A stretch of DNA of 47,806 nucleotides, taken from assembly GCF_004010195.1 (NCBI RefSeq), contig NC_057750.1, positions 994,166 through 1,041,971 on the forward strand, given 5' to 3'. Positions within the stretch are counted from its first letter, which is position 1, and every line of letters begins with the position of its first letter. The notes beneath the pieces were generated by a model. The model was not told the DNA's origin and searched no databases. It was given only the letters and a program-made list of their open reading frames with translations. The translations under genes and the position numbers were made by a program. Below are positions 1 to 11,915 of the stretch, one piece after another. Origin of the DNA: Chiloscyllium plagiosum (taxonomy: Eukaryota).

Positions 1-140
1 CCACCCCACAACCCTCACTCCCCACCCCACAACTCTCACTCTCCTAGCCCATAATCCTCACTCCCGACTCCTTCTCTCCAACCCTCACTCTTCAAACTCC
101 ATCTTCACGCCCACTCACAAACCCATTCCCCCACCACCCC
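1..140. repeat. C-rich minisatellite (~20-bp unit, ccaccccacaaccctcactc-like), degenerating rightwards
   Basis: Repeated accctcactc / ccaccccaca motifs at the window start. Confidence 0.7.
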
Positions 141-1140
141 ACTTTATTTAAGAGTTGGACTGAAACAATAACATGGACCTCAATCAGTGAAGCTCCGTGA
201 GATATACTGGAGCGACATTGCTTTCTGAAGCAATGGGCACAAATGATCAGGATCCACAAGATTAATCTGCAGCCTGTGGCTACAGCAGGGTAGCAAGCAT
301 CCACCAAGGCTGCCCTGTAATGATCAGATCTGTGAAACAGCATAGCTCACAAAACAATCAGAGGAAACAGCAGAATAAGGAGAGTTTAGACGATTAATGG
401 GCCTAAGGGGCTGACAGCATTCAGAGGGTGTATATAAATTGGACCGAAACGATGCTCCAAACTCATAAAAGCATGTAACAGACAAGATCAAACATCTTTA
501 CAACACCTGACTGGCTCACAGACATCTGAATGAGCCCCAAACACAAATAATTTTCTTTCCGTCCCTGCATCACATGGCACCAAACACTGTTATCCTATTA
601 ACAGTTAATCTTATTCCTGTGATGAAAAAAAATCAATGGATTATCACAGCAAATGACCCTTAAAGAGGTTCAATCATCCTCAGCTTACTCTCAAACTATA
701 ATCCACATTTCAGACTACTCAGGAATCGCCTGGCATTTTCTTCACTCAGAAAAAAAGCAACCTAATTACATTTCCACTGTCAATTGTAGAAGACAAACTC
801 AAATTGAAGCTGTATTAGAAATAAATGCAGCCATAACAATACATTTCCACCACAGCTGACCCTGATTGCACAGTGCATATTAAGGTCCAACAGATTAGCA
901 ACTGGCAGCCACAGAGACTTGGAGCTATAATTCGGATTCTGTCTGACAGCTCAAGCCAATAGTAAGATATTGGATTTGCTTGTAGCGGGGCTGATTGCAT
1001 ATGAAACTTCAATTCTTTACCCAGGGCTCCCACTAAGTTGAGAAAAATGATGTAGCGTCATATTTTTCCCTAACACTGTTCCATTTGTTTAAATCTCAGG
1101 TGCATTAATAACCGAAGGTACTGGCAATCCTCATCAATAA

Positions 1141-1314
1141 GGAGATAGTGAGGACTGCAGATGCTGGAGAGTCAGAGTTGATAAAGTGTGGCGCTGGAAA
1201 AAACACAGCAGGTCAGGGGTCCTGAAAGAGGGTCCTGCCCGAAATGTCAACTGTCCTGCTGCTCGGATGCTGCCTGACTTGCTGTGCTTTTCCAGCACCA
1301 TGCTTTATCAACTC
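1141..1314. mobile_element. Small palindromic PLE-terminus-derived element with decayed hammerhead motif
   Basis: Left arm ggagatagtgaggactgcagatgctgg...gagttgataaag...cagcaggtcagg is inverted relative to right arm cctgacttgctgtg...ctttatcaactc; central ctgaaaga-gggt-cct-gccc-gaaa-tgtc at 1222-1248. Confidence 0.8.
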
Positions 1315-1463
1315 ATGCTCATCAACATCCCTTCCACAGGATGATATCACTCACAAGAGTGGTACTTGTTTAATGTCTCCCCTTGTGGGACAATTTACAG
1401 CATCTCGTAAATTTCTGCATCTTCTGCTGATGTACGTTCTGAGGTATCCACCCAGTCAGGTGC

Positions 1464-1945
1464 AAAATACCGTGCAAGGACTGTAACAAACACTACATTG
1501 GACAAACAGACAGAAAACCAGGATACATGAACATCAACTAGCCATAAAATGACATGACCCTCTCTCACTAGTATCCTTACATATGGATGAGGAAGGACAC
1601 CACTTCGACTGGGACAACACATCCATCCTAGGACAAGCCAAACAGAGACACACACAAGAATTCCTAGAAGCATGACATTCCAACCAGAACTCTATCAACA
1701 AACACACTGACTAGGATCCCGTTTACCACCCTCCTGAGAAAAAGAACAGGAAATGACATCACCCACCCAAAGAAACCTAAACACGTAAATAGAGAGCGGG
1801 CCATACCACCAGCACTTCATCTGGAGGCCCACTGATGATGTTACCTCCTAGTATGGTGACGAAACATCTGAAAACAAAGCTTCCAGCTCAGCGAGCAAAC
1901 CTACATCCAGAACCTCAACCTGAGCTAGAAATCTTTTCAAAAAAT
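1464..1945 (+). mobile_element. Penelope-like element (Poseidon-type) 3' fragment: GIY-YIG endonuclease remnant plus 3' terminus
   Basis: Translates KIPCKDCNKHYIGQT, then after a frameshift RIHEHQLAIK*HDPLSLVSLHMDEEGHHFDWDNTSILGQAKQRHTQEFLEA*HS; followed by an HHR motif. Confidence 0.9.
1821..1886 (+). ncRNA. Type I hammerhead ribozyme motif in PLE 3' terminus
   Basis: CTGATGA 1832-1838; stem II GTTACC(1840-45)/GGTGAC(1855-60); GAAA 1861-64; CATC; stem I ctggaggc(1821-28)/gcttccag(1879-86). Confidence 0.8.
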
Positions 1946-1958
1946 CACTGGATAAGTT

Positions 1959-2255
1959 ATAGAACATAGAACATAGAAGAATACAGCGCAGTACAGGCCC
2001 TTTGGCCCTCAATGTTGCACCGTAATAGCTGACTCCATACGTGGAAAAAGATTCTCACTGTCGACCTTATCTAAACCCCTAATCATCTTGTAAATTATTA
2101 ATTTTAAATCTGAGAGAGATAAAGTTCTGTTAAGCAAAGGTATACAGGGATATGGGTCAAAGGCAGAGAAATGGAGTTAGGCCACAGCTCAGCCATGATT
2201 CCATTGAGTGGTAGAACAGGCTCGAGGGGCTGAATGGCCTACTCCTCTTCCTATC
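1959..2255. mobile_element. CR1-type LINE 3' tail fragments (minus strand 1959-2090, plus strand ~2100-2255)
   Basis: (atagaac)n tail plus caggccctttggccc; plus-strand ggctcgaggggctgaatggcctactcct terminus. Confidence 0.7.
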
Positions 2256-2879
2256 TAATCTCAATAAACAAACCTTACATTATTGTTACACCCAGAGCAA
2301 GGAGTTGGAGTTTGGTACAGGAAGAGTAAGGTGTCCCCTACAGCAGTGTGTCCCCAGCATTTCCCACAAAATGGTTCTCACCATCTCAGTGAGGGTGGGG
2401 ATGGGGGAGAAGACCTGACAGGCAGCCTTTGTGATGCCAAAACCTCTGCTCAGAACTCTACCGGGGCGTCCTGACTCTGACGCTGGGAGGCCTTACCTTG
2501 CAGATCCACAAAGCTTACTGAGCCACAACCTCCAACTAGCGAGGGGCCCGAAATGGAAAATTAATTTGCAGCTATTTACACCCTGTAACCTGATTCATCC
2601 CTTTCTAACGCCCTTGTCCCCTTATCAGAATGGTGCGTGTGCATGGTAAGTGAGGATTCACAATGTCTTTAAGCACCAGCACCATGGGAACTCAGGTTTT
2701 AAAATCTGCGGATTAAAATAACCTCAATGATAAAATAATATCATGATAGCATTTTTAAAAGAGATGTAGGTTCTTCTATCCTGGTCACCACTCTTCTCTT
2801 TACCTGTTATTGTGAAACACAAGGCATTCTTATCATTTTCTTGTAGGTACAGTGGGTAATCAGAATAACTGATTTATAG

Positions 2880-3080
2880 TGTAGGGTTGGACTGTTTTTT
2901 GTGTTAATCACATTGTGTGATCAACAATTCTGTTCTTGTGACACTACAGGACAGAATGATTGTATCTGATTTACTGACATAATAACTGTCTGCTCTCCAA
3001 AGCAATGAATTTTATGTGAATGCACTTCAGTATGTCCTGAGAGATGTGATAAGGAGCTATATAAATGTAAATTCTTTCTA
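2880..3080 (+). mobile_element. Old SINE 3' remnant (DeuSINE/SacSINE1-like tail)
   Basis: gtgataaggagctatataaatgtaaattctttct terminus; heavily diverged. Confidence 0.4.
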
Positions 3081-3276
3081 ATCTCCTCTTCGTGGTGTTG
3101 ATTGAAGGAAGAACCTCTATTCGGACACAAGAGAGGCTTGTTGCTGTTTTCAGTGCACTCCACCAGAACCACTCAAGTTAGGTAAAAACAATGACTGCAG
3201 ATGCTGGAAACCAGATTCTGGTTTAGTGGTGCTGGAAGAGCACAGCAGTTCAGGCAGCATCCGAGGAGCAGCGAAA

Positions 3277-3310
3277 TCGACATTTCGGGCAAGAGCCCTT
3301 CATCAGGAAT
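3277..3310 (-). ncRNA. Minimal hammerhead ribozyme motif
   Basis: Reverse complement reads CTGATGA-A-GGGC-TCTT-GCCC-GAAA-TGTC-GA. Confidence 0.75.
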
Positions 3311-3380
3311 AAAGGCAAAGAGCCTGAAGCGTGGAGAGATAAGCTCGAGGAGGGTGGGGGTGGGGAGAAAGTAGCATAGA

Positions 3381-3658
3381 NNNNNNNNNNNNNNNNNNNN
3401 NNNNNNNNNNNNNNNNNNNNNNNNNNNNNNNNNNNNNNNNNNNNNNNNNNNNNNNNNNNNNNNNNNNNNNNNNNNNNNNNNNNNNNNNNNNNNNNNNNNN
3501 NNNNNNNNNNNNNNNNNNNNNNNNNNNNNNNNNNNNNNNNNNNNNNNNNNNNNNNNNNNNNNNNNNNNNNNNNNNNNNNNNNNNNNNNNNNNNNNNNNNN
3601 NNNNNNNNNNNNNNNNNNNNNNNNNNNNNNNNNNNNNNNNNNNNNNNNNNNNNNNNNN
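3381..3658. other. Assembly gap (278 N)
   Basis: Run of N. Confidence 1.
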
Positions 3659-4044
3659 ACCTGACCAGGTAGTCACGGAGGGAACGGTCTTTGTGGAAGG
3701 CGGAAAGGGGTGGGGAGGGAAATATATCCCTGGTGGTGGGGTCTTTTTGGAGGTGGCGGAAATGTCGGCAGATGATTTGGTTCATGCGAAGGTTGGTAGG
3801 GTGGAAGGTGAGCACCAGGGGCGTTCTGTCCTTTTACAGTTGGAGGTCTGAGGGCGGAGGTGCGGGATGTGGACGAGATGCGTTGGAGGGCATCTTTAAC
3901 CACGTGGGAAGGGAGAATGCGGTCTCTAAAGAAGGAGGCCATCTGGTGTGTTCTGTGGGGGAGCTGGTCCTCCTGGGAGCAGTTAGCACTCCCTCCCTGC
4001 TCCCCACCTCCCCCAGCCCACAATACCTCTCCTGCAATATTATG

Positions 4045-4290
4045 TTATGCACCTCCTTTCAAGACAATGGAGTGTCTCAATGTGCTTTAAAGCCAATGGA
4101 GCACTTGTGAAGGGCTGTCCCTTGGTTCAGCAGAAAGTAAGGCAGACAACTTGTGCACAGCAAGATTCCACAAAACAGCATTGCGATTTATGAGTGGACG
4201 TCCTCGCGACTTGGCCAGAGGCCTGTAGACATGGGCTGGTTGGGCATGAGCTGGGAATTCTCCAGCTTCCAAACATTGCTAGTAGAAGAC
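4045..4290 (-). mobile_element. DeuSINE/SacSINE1-like remnant
   Basis: tttaaagccaatggagcacttgtgaag...ggcagacaacttgtgcacagcaagattccacaaaacagc resembles the antisense Deu-domain/tail. Confidence 0.5.
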
Positions 4291-5204
4291 AGGGAGCTAT
4301 GAGGTGCACTCATCAAGACTAAGAATAGTTTTCTCCACAAACAGGAGGCTGCTGTCATACTGGGCAAAGGTTCTGCCTCTCACATCAATGAGAAATCTGG
4401 TCAATGAGTTTCAATGTCAGTGTGATGTCAGGTCCAAGGTCCCAGTGACTGGCAGATGGCATCAAACAATGCCACTCCATTGACCACTGGCAGTGGGCAG
4501 CAGGTCAATCATACTTAACCAACACGTACTTGCAAATCTCAGAAAAGTATCTCTACCATTAGCTAAGATTCTTCCATTGGAAGTCACTTCCTAAACAATC
4601 CTGATTGCGCTAAGGGTTACTTTGGAAACCAATTTGCAATCGTCAGCTGGGGAATCACAGTGTGATGTATTTGCGTGTGCTGGAAACCACCTGCGTAAAT
4701 ACACAGGAACCTGCTTATCTTGGAATTTATACAGACACCACACTATTTCCAAAAGGGAGAACCATGCCCTGACCAATCAGAATCCACCTGCCTGGTTTCA
4801 GAATTAAGATTGACAGTTAACTGCTGCCAATGGTGACCCAGCGAATCAGCATTCTCCTCTCATACAGTACAAAACAATGCCTCTTCTTGTTTCTCACCTC
4901 TTCGTGCTAAGGCGAGTGTCAAGTGACAAGCTTTAACGTTGTGTGCTTTCAGTATTGGACCATGGAATCTTTTCCACCCATCAATCAGGGTTTCAGTTTA
5001 ATATCCCATTTCAAGGATGTAGGACACTCTCAGTACAAAACTGGAGTGTTAGCTATGCTGCAGTTAAATTTGAATCCACAACCTATTGTATCACCCACAG
5101 GTGTTTGGACATGCCACCACTGAGACGTCTGTTTCCCATCATGCTCAGTGCCACCACCTTTCAAAGTGTGATCATCAACTGGTCTTCAATTATAATGAAC
5201 CCTG

Positions 5205-5408
5205 GCCTGTGAGAGACTGGTAGGTGTCTGGAACACACTGCCAGAGTGGTGGCTGAGGCACATATGATAGAAGCATTTCAGAGACTTTTCGATAAGCACA
5301 TAAATATGCAAGGAATAGAGGGATATGGACCAAGGGCAGGCAGAAGGGATTAGTTTAATTTAGTGTCATGGTGGGCCCATTCCTGTGTTGTACAGATCGA
5401 TGTTCCAT
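5205..5408 (+). mobile_element. CR1-type LINE 3' fragment
   Basis: ggtgtctggaacacactgccagagtggtgg...gagggatatggaccaagggcaggcag. Confidence 0.75.
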
Positions 5409-5699
5409 AAGAAAGTGGAAAACAGTGAGTTTCACTAGGATTCTGATCATGACAGTGTAACAACGATTCATCATCTAGTCCTTGAGCTACATCAGACAAT
5501 CGGGGTAATTTAAAACAAAGCCATCAAAATCAGAAACAGACAGGACTGAGTGACTGTCAGATCTTATGGAACATGAATGGAAAATAAACTGAGGTTGATT
5601 TCAAAGCAGGTTTTAATCCAACTCGGATTAAAATTACAGCTTGAATTCCAATGTTAATTTTTAGTCCCCTTGCAGGGTCTAATGAAGAGGTATTTAGAA

Positions 5700-5830
5700 G
5701 TACATTGTTATGCCAAGGCTGTGGGCCAAGTGGTGAAAAATAGGATTAGAATGGTTGGGGGTGTATTGTTCTCCAGCATGGAGACAATGGGCTGAAGGGC
5801 CTTTTTCTGTACTATTAATCTCTATGACTC
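5700..5830 (+). mobile_element. CR1/HER1-type 3' tail remnant
   Basis: gggctgaagggcctttttctgtactattaatctctatgactc. Confidence 0.6.
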
Positions 5831-6416
5831 CAAGGCTATAGATAGTTTCTGTTAAGTCATCAAAACAAAAGCACATCTTGATGGATTATTTTAAATTTGT
5901 GGTGATAAAGAGCATTCAAATGATATCAATCCAGCCTTCTGCAATCCGATTCATTGTTATTGTCACATAAACACAGTGCTCCTCAAAGATTAACGGGCTC
6001 AACATGAGTTACGTTGATGCAGGATAGAGAAAGGTAACAGACACTATCACAAACAGATTTTGTCATTGATGTTTCATCTTTCCTGATCACAGCTGACGTT
6101 TGCTGTTTCTATTGTTTCTGTTCCATAGTCATGAGGAGACAGGGACAACAAGAGAGTGCAAATCTACTTTATCTTATGTACATTGTGTTGTACAGACTGT
6201 GGCACTGACGTTAAGGAGTTTATACAGATTTCAGCAACAGATTTGGGAGAGAGCTTCAGGAAATTAGTGCAGGACTATCCACTGTCCAGAGCCTGCAACT
6301 GCATCGTGACTGTTGACAAAATTGAACAGAAGTGACATCAACGGGAGTGCCAGCTTGTTCAGCAACTCCATGTTCGAAGGCCAGGCTGCTGTCTGGTCAG
6401 GGACCTGGGGAAGGAG

Positions 6417-6510
6417 CATTCCTGAGGAACAGCTTTTTGCCTGAAGTGTTGATTCTCCTGCTCCTCGGATACTGCCAGACCTGCTGTGCTTTTCCTGCAC
6501 CACACTCTCG
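6417..6510 (+). mobile_element. Single-arm PLE-terminus fragment with decayed HHR
   Basis: cctgaggaacagctttttgcctgaagtgttgattctcctgctcctcggatactgccagacctgctgtgcttttcc. Confidence 0.7.
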
Positions 6511-8467
6511 CCCCTGGGGAGGGGGATTCCAGTCTCGGCGTTTCTGGGAGAGAGGTGGTTTTGGAGTGGGTTGGAAGCAAGGGCAAGGCCCATTAAATCA
6601 GCTCCCAATTGGGGCAGGTCAAACCCCCCACCCCATACAGCAGGGTGACCACCCGGATTTACCAATCAGAGATGCTGCCACCTTGTCAGAAACTCCGTGA
6701 AATGGTAGGGTGGGTGTTGTTAATCATGCGTTGCTTATAACTTTGTCACTGTTGACCTGTTCAATGAATGGATTGAGTTAACCAGTATCTGGAATAAAAC
6801 ATTCACCATAAGGTACTGCTTTTTCTCTTTTCACTCAAGTCCATGGATCTGCCTTGGAGCAGGGCAACTTTCACATCAACATGAAAGGATTACACAGGAC
6901 AGACAAGGCTGGAAGAGGCCATTCTGCTCAAACAGTGCCAAATGAATCTCTTTCCATCTGAAACAACCGTCATTAGCCTCCACCGTCTTTTCTGCATCTA
7001 CAGAATTCAGTTCAAACATTCATCACTCTCTGGTTAAAGATTCTTTTTCAGAATTCCCTATTGTAGTTCTCGCAGACTTACTCCTGTTGACAGCTTCTAC
7101 ACATGTCCTCTGGATTTATATGAAGGAATCATTTTAAAGAGTTCTGATTTGTTGGCCCATTAGCATTCTTCTCTCCAGCCGTCCTGTCAGTCCTTTCCCG
7201 GTTTGTAAACAGTTTGGAGCCATCTTTGGAAATCTCCCCTTCACTCTCTCCATAACCTTTTGGACAAAATGTGAACATATGGAGTTGGACTCTTAATCCA
7301 ATTTATGTTCAATTTTCAATGTTCAAGTGACCACAAATGTTCCAGAAAGACAGCCCAATGCCAGCAGTTGGTACACGTGGAATGACTTTGTGAACAGAAC
7401 ACCTTTTGGAACAATCTGTAACTTATCCTTTTGTCATGTGAATTTCATCTTGAGCTAGATTGAGTGAACCCGTCTTACTCTTCCATCTATCCTCTCCATG
7501 TAAAGCCTTGTGCTTGGTTCGATTATGCTTAAAATGCCTTTCTAACCTGTGGCGTAACGGGTTTTTTTGAATCCTGGGTGTTTTTGAAATCTGTCCTGCG
7601 CCCCCACCTAAAATCTTTAAATAATAAGTAATAAGTCCTTCTTGCTACCAAAATGCGCAGTCTCACACTTAACTTCATTTATCAATTATTTACCCAATCT
7701 CCATTACAGTAACCCGAGAAGATGATTTACCTTCATAACCAATGTTTCCCAGTGAATAGTACCTGATTTGTGGGTGTTCAGTGACAGAGGTATGTGCAAT
7801 AATCTCTGGCAATGGATTCAGGCTGTATAGGCATCTGTTATTATCTCCCCTGTCACTCACTTGCAAAATCTAAGCTTTCAGTTTGTAACTTCATTTTTTA
7901 TGGCATACACTATTCTTGCATTATGTTTAACAAATATAATTTACTTCCTGACAGATAAGGTACAATTTGCAGAAAGTATGTTGTTTGCAGAGTTTCAGGT
8001 ATCACTGCATAATCTTCCAGTTATTAAGGAGAACATTAATCTGATCAATTGTTCATTTTAAGTGCGAGCTGTTTTTAGTTTCCTTTTGTTGTGGTTTGAC
8101 AGAAGCCATTTCACGCACTCTCTCAGGTGATTTGTGATATTTTGTAATCTTCTCAAAACTCACTTTTGTAAGTTAACTTTTGGAATTATTGTAAGATGTT
8201 ATTAAATATAAAATGTACCCTTGCACTTTGCCTGGAGATGGTGAATGACACTCTGAAGATGTTGGCTCCGTATCACTGAGATAAGGGGATATGGAGTGGG
8301 CAGCACTGCAATCTCTGAACTGTATCCCAGCTATCACTTCACTGCAGTACCAGGTCAGTTGGTAACGCTGCTTTTAGGTTGAGATGCAGGGTCCTGATCG
8401 GATACATGTTAAAATTGTCAAACTGGAGAAAAGATCAATAGGGTTTTCCAAGTGCCACAATCAAGTG

Positions 8468-8878
8468 ACATAGAGTCACAGAGGCATAAAGACATAGAGA
8501 CGTAGAGTCATAGAGTCATAGAGACATAGAATCATAGAGTCATAGAGCCATAAAGATGTACAGCACAGGAAACAGACTCTTCGGTTCAACTTGTCCATGC
8601 TGACCAGATATCGTATATTAAATCAGTCCCATTTGCCAGCTTTTGGCCATTTCTATTCATACACCCATCCAGGTGCCTTTTAAATGTTGTAATTGTAACA
8701 GCTTCTACCATTTCCTCTGGCAGCTCGTTCCATACATGCGCCACCCTCTACCTGAAAACGTTGCTGCTTAGGTCCCTTTTAAATCTTTCCTCTCTCACCT
8801 TAAACCTATGCTTTGGTCTCCCCTACCCTGGGGCAATGACCTTGGCTATTCACCCTTATCCATGCCCCTCATGATTGT
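8468..8878 (-). mobile_element. HER1/CR1 LINE 3' fragment with (catagagt)n tail
   Basis: Octamer tandem tail 8468-8555, then antisense CR1 RT C-terminus/3'UTR. Confidence 0.88.
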
Positions 8879-8975
8879 CCCTGAGTGAGATCAAGGCATT
8901 GTCCCATTAAATAGAAAGACGTGCTATGAAGAGTTTCTACATGTGATAGAGTAGTGCATCAATAAAGTAAAAAAA

Positions 8976-9185
8976 AAATCACACAACAATAGGTTATAAT
9001 CCAACAGATTTATTTGGAAGCACTAGCGGTTTGGAGCGCTGCTCCTTCATCAGGTGATTATGGAGTATCAGGAATATAAGGAGTATAAGCTCATTCTCCA
9101 CAACCACCTGATGAAGGAGCAGCACTCCGAAAAGCTAGTGCTTCTAAATAAACCTGTTGGACTATAACCTGGTGTTGTGTGATTT
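8976..9185. mobile_element. Palindromic non-coding element (second PLE-terminus family) with an HHR motif in each arm
   Basis: aaatcacacaaca...ccttcatcaggtg is inverted relative to cacctgatgaagg...tgttgtgtgattt. Confidence 0.88.
9105..9140 (+). ncRNA. Minimal hammerhead ribozyme motif
   Basis: cac-CTGATGA(9108-14)-A-GGAG-CAGCA-CTCC-GAAA-AGCTA-gtg; cac/gtg stem I. Confidence 0.7.
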
Positions 9186-10562
9186 CTAACTTTGCCTTTT
9201 TGGTGATCATGCTATTTCTTTGGGTTTTGCTAAGGTCTAACTCACAATCAGCAGATGATTGGGAAAAAGGTCCCACCAAAATTTTCAACCAATATCTTAA
9301 TGTGAACATTTATTTCCTAAACAGGGAGATTGAGACAAGCAGAAAACACAGAGATTTTGATGTCAGATTTAAACATGGATTTGATTTCGATGAAGAATAC
9401 TGACAGTTGTAAAGTGGGTAGTCATACTGAGATCACTCTAAAATACAAAAGTATTTCTAAAGGGCTGAGTAGTTTTAACATCCTTCCCTGTCTATCTTGT
9501 TTTAAACAGTGAACGCTGACAATATCATCAGGGCAAATGGCAGAAAAGAATTACTGAGCCCAGCAGTGTAGGGAGCTGAAATCATATCTGTAGAAATGTA
9601 GTTATTCACCCAAAACATTGCTACCATTTTTTTCACTTCAGCTGCAAGCTCATTAATTCAGATCCTACTCACTGTCAGTACAGTAACTCCTCCATTAATA
9701 GCTCCAGCACTCTGTGTTAAAGGAACTGTTCCAGTGCTGAATGCAAGGCTGTGATTTTTATAGCTATTTCAGTCACATCTACATCTCAAAATCAGAATAA
9801 TCTCCCAGGATATGCTGTCGTCTCTGAATACCCTCTGTATATTATTCGACATTGATGACTTATCTCGGCTTGTTTCTTTTATTCGTGAGGTTGAGGAGGG
9901 GCTGGCCAGTCCACTAATTGTTACCCATTGAGAAAGCAAGGTGGTGACTTTGGGTTGTATGGGGCTCCCACAGTCTGACTGGGAGATGATAGAACTCTTG
10001 GTTTTCATAAGTCAAAAGGAGTTCACGCTAGCTCAGAATAATAGGATCTTCCAGTGTAGAAAAGGCCATTCGGCCCATTGAGTCTGTACCACCTTCATCA
10101 ACTTTTGTTTTAACTAGCACTTTTGATAAACCAGCAAAAAGTATATCCCTCAAATATTGAGATGTCTGAGTATTTAGGTTGTAAATAAAGTGCAACAGTG
10201 ATGTGTATACACCCAGCATTATGTTTATATTACTTACTGTGTGTTTTTGCATTGATTTGTGGAGGTGTGTTGATGTTTTTAAAGTAGGTTTTTTGAGGGG
10301 TATTGATAATTCGAAATTTCACTTGGTCAGATTTTACTGTGGTCACGCATATCTCTTGATTATCCAGAATATTGATCAACCAGCCCACTTCTGGTCCCGT
10401 AAGTGCCAGTAAATGGAAAGTTTGCTGTAACACCTCCAGTAGCCTCACTTTCCCATACAAGACCTTTCAAGGTCCTGTATGTTGGTTTCGATGAATGCAA
10501 TTAGTATGGTCAGTCTTCATTAACACACCAAACAACAGCAGATACTCACAACAAGGACAAAG

Positions 10563-11032
10563 GTGAGGCCACTTTTGGAATATTGCTTTCAATTCTGGGT
10601 GTCCTTCTACAGGAAAGATGTTGCGAAACTTGATAGGGTGCAGAAAAGATTCACATGGATGTTACCAGGGTTGGAGGATTTGAGCTACAGGGAGAGGCTG
10701 AACAGGCTGGGGCTGTTTTCCCTGGAGCGTCAGAGGCTGAGGGGTGGCCTTATGGGAATTTATAAAAACATGAGGGGCATGGACAGGGTGAATAGCCAAG
10801 GTCTTTTCCTCAGGGTAAGGGAGTCCAAAACTAGGTTTAAGGTGAGAGGGGGAAGATTTAAAATGAGCCAGTGGGGCAACTTTTTCACACAGAGGGTGGT
10901 GCCAGAGGAGATGGTGGAAGCTAGTGCAATTACAGCATTTTAAAGGCACATGAATGACTACATGAATAGGAAAAGATATAGGTCAAATGCTGGCAAATGG
11001 GACTGGAACAGATTGAGATGTCTGATCAGCAT
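10563..11032 (+). mobile_element. HER1/CR1 LINE 3' fragment, tail interrupted by the Gypsy LTR
   Basis: ORF RPLLEYCFQFW...LDRVQKRFTWMLPGLEDLSYRERLNRLGLFSLE (CR1 RT C-terminus). Confidence 0.92.
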
Positions 11033-11744
11033 TGTTACAAAGGTGAAAGGAGTACGGTACCTTTAAGAGAGCTAAAAGCTAGCAGAATTACCTGACAGCA
11101 CCAAGTATTCTGAATAAGATACAATGTAACTCGTGGTCCAGCAGATAGCGTAGCTGGTTGCCTGGAGACAAAACAAATTTGAATTCAGCCAGTCAGTTTA
11201 AATTAGACCCCAAAATATCAGCTTCCAATCCAGTTTGAATTGAGTATTTTGACAATAATAAAAGCCAATGACATAATCCCTTTGCTTTGAGGTATAAGAC
11301 TGGGAAAAATTGAACAGTTGGGAGGAGAACTGCCAAAAGACCAACAGATGTAGGCTGCTCATCAGAACTCTCTGAGAGGTACCTGTCTAGAAATGGAGTT
11401 TGCATAGAAACCATCAACACCGACCTGGACAGCAAATCTACAGGAAGATAGGAAGACAAGATTCAACCACAGGCTGGTTTTGAAATTTGAATTTTTCAGT
11501 AAATCTTAATCAGGGGTTTTATCAAACTAGAATTATAGAAGGGAAAGTAAAAGATAGGTTAGAGGAAGGAGTTATAAATAGTTGTTAATTAATTATTCTC
11601 TGTTATACTTTAAGAAATAAAGTTGTTAATTTTTACTTTAGATAGTTTTTGGTCTCTCAAATTTTCACAGATTACTGCACGGGATAAAGCTTTTCTGTGT
11701 TTCTGGTTTAAATTAAGCAGGAGGGCTTACCCAATGTCATAACA
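11033..11744 (+). repeat. 5' LTR (712 bp)
   Basis: tgtta...taaca termini; PBS follows; similar to the solo LTR at 22178-22873. Confidence 0.9.
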
Positions 11745-11747
11745 GTT

Positions 11748-11765
11748 TGGGGGCTCATCCGGGAT
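11748..11765 (+). promoter_or_regulatory. Primer-binding site, tRNA-Pro
   Basis: tgggggctcatccgggat, one mismatch to the tRNA-Pro PBS TGGGGGCTCGTCCGGGAT, 3 nt after the LTR. Confidence 0.88.
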
Positions 11766-11915
11766 TTGAGCTGGTTTAGACAAATTTAAATAGATTTGGG
11801 GGTATGAAAAATCCTAGTAGATTTAAACACTTGCAGGATAGTGTCCTAGGTCTTTCAATAAAATATAAGTGAGGCAATTTGTTTAATTTCTGTGATTGTG
11901 GTTGATTAAATTAAA

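Larger units (their letters stand above)
3181..3980 (-). mobile_element. Penelope-like element (Neptune-type), 5'-truncated, spanning the assembly gap
   Basis: Minus ORF LTFHPTNLRMNQIICRHFRHLQKDPTTRDIFPSPPLSAFHKDRSLRDYLVR (RT-to-GIY-YIG linker); 3' terminus with HHR; possible agtta(g) TSD at 3176 and 3981. Confidence 0.88.

Noticed and set aside
3173..3815. 167-170 aa ORFs in the ORF track
   Set aside because: Length is an artefact of translating through the N gap; the real portion is PLE sequence.
8240..8465. Possible DeuSINE remnant
   Set aside because: Similarity too weak to support by eye.
9290..9570. Possible host exons after ...ctaaacag and ...ttaaacag acceptors
   Set aside because: The most plausible frames hit stops quickly, there are no convincing donors, and no recognisable protein.
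9660..9750. Minus-strand NGGVTVLTVS resembling an IgNAR/TCR J segment
   Set aside because: No F/W/Y-G-x-G motif, no RSS nonamer at 12/23 spacing, and no V or C exons in the window.
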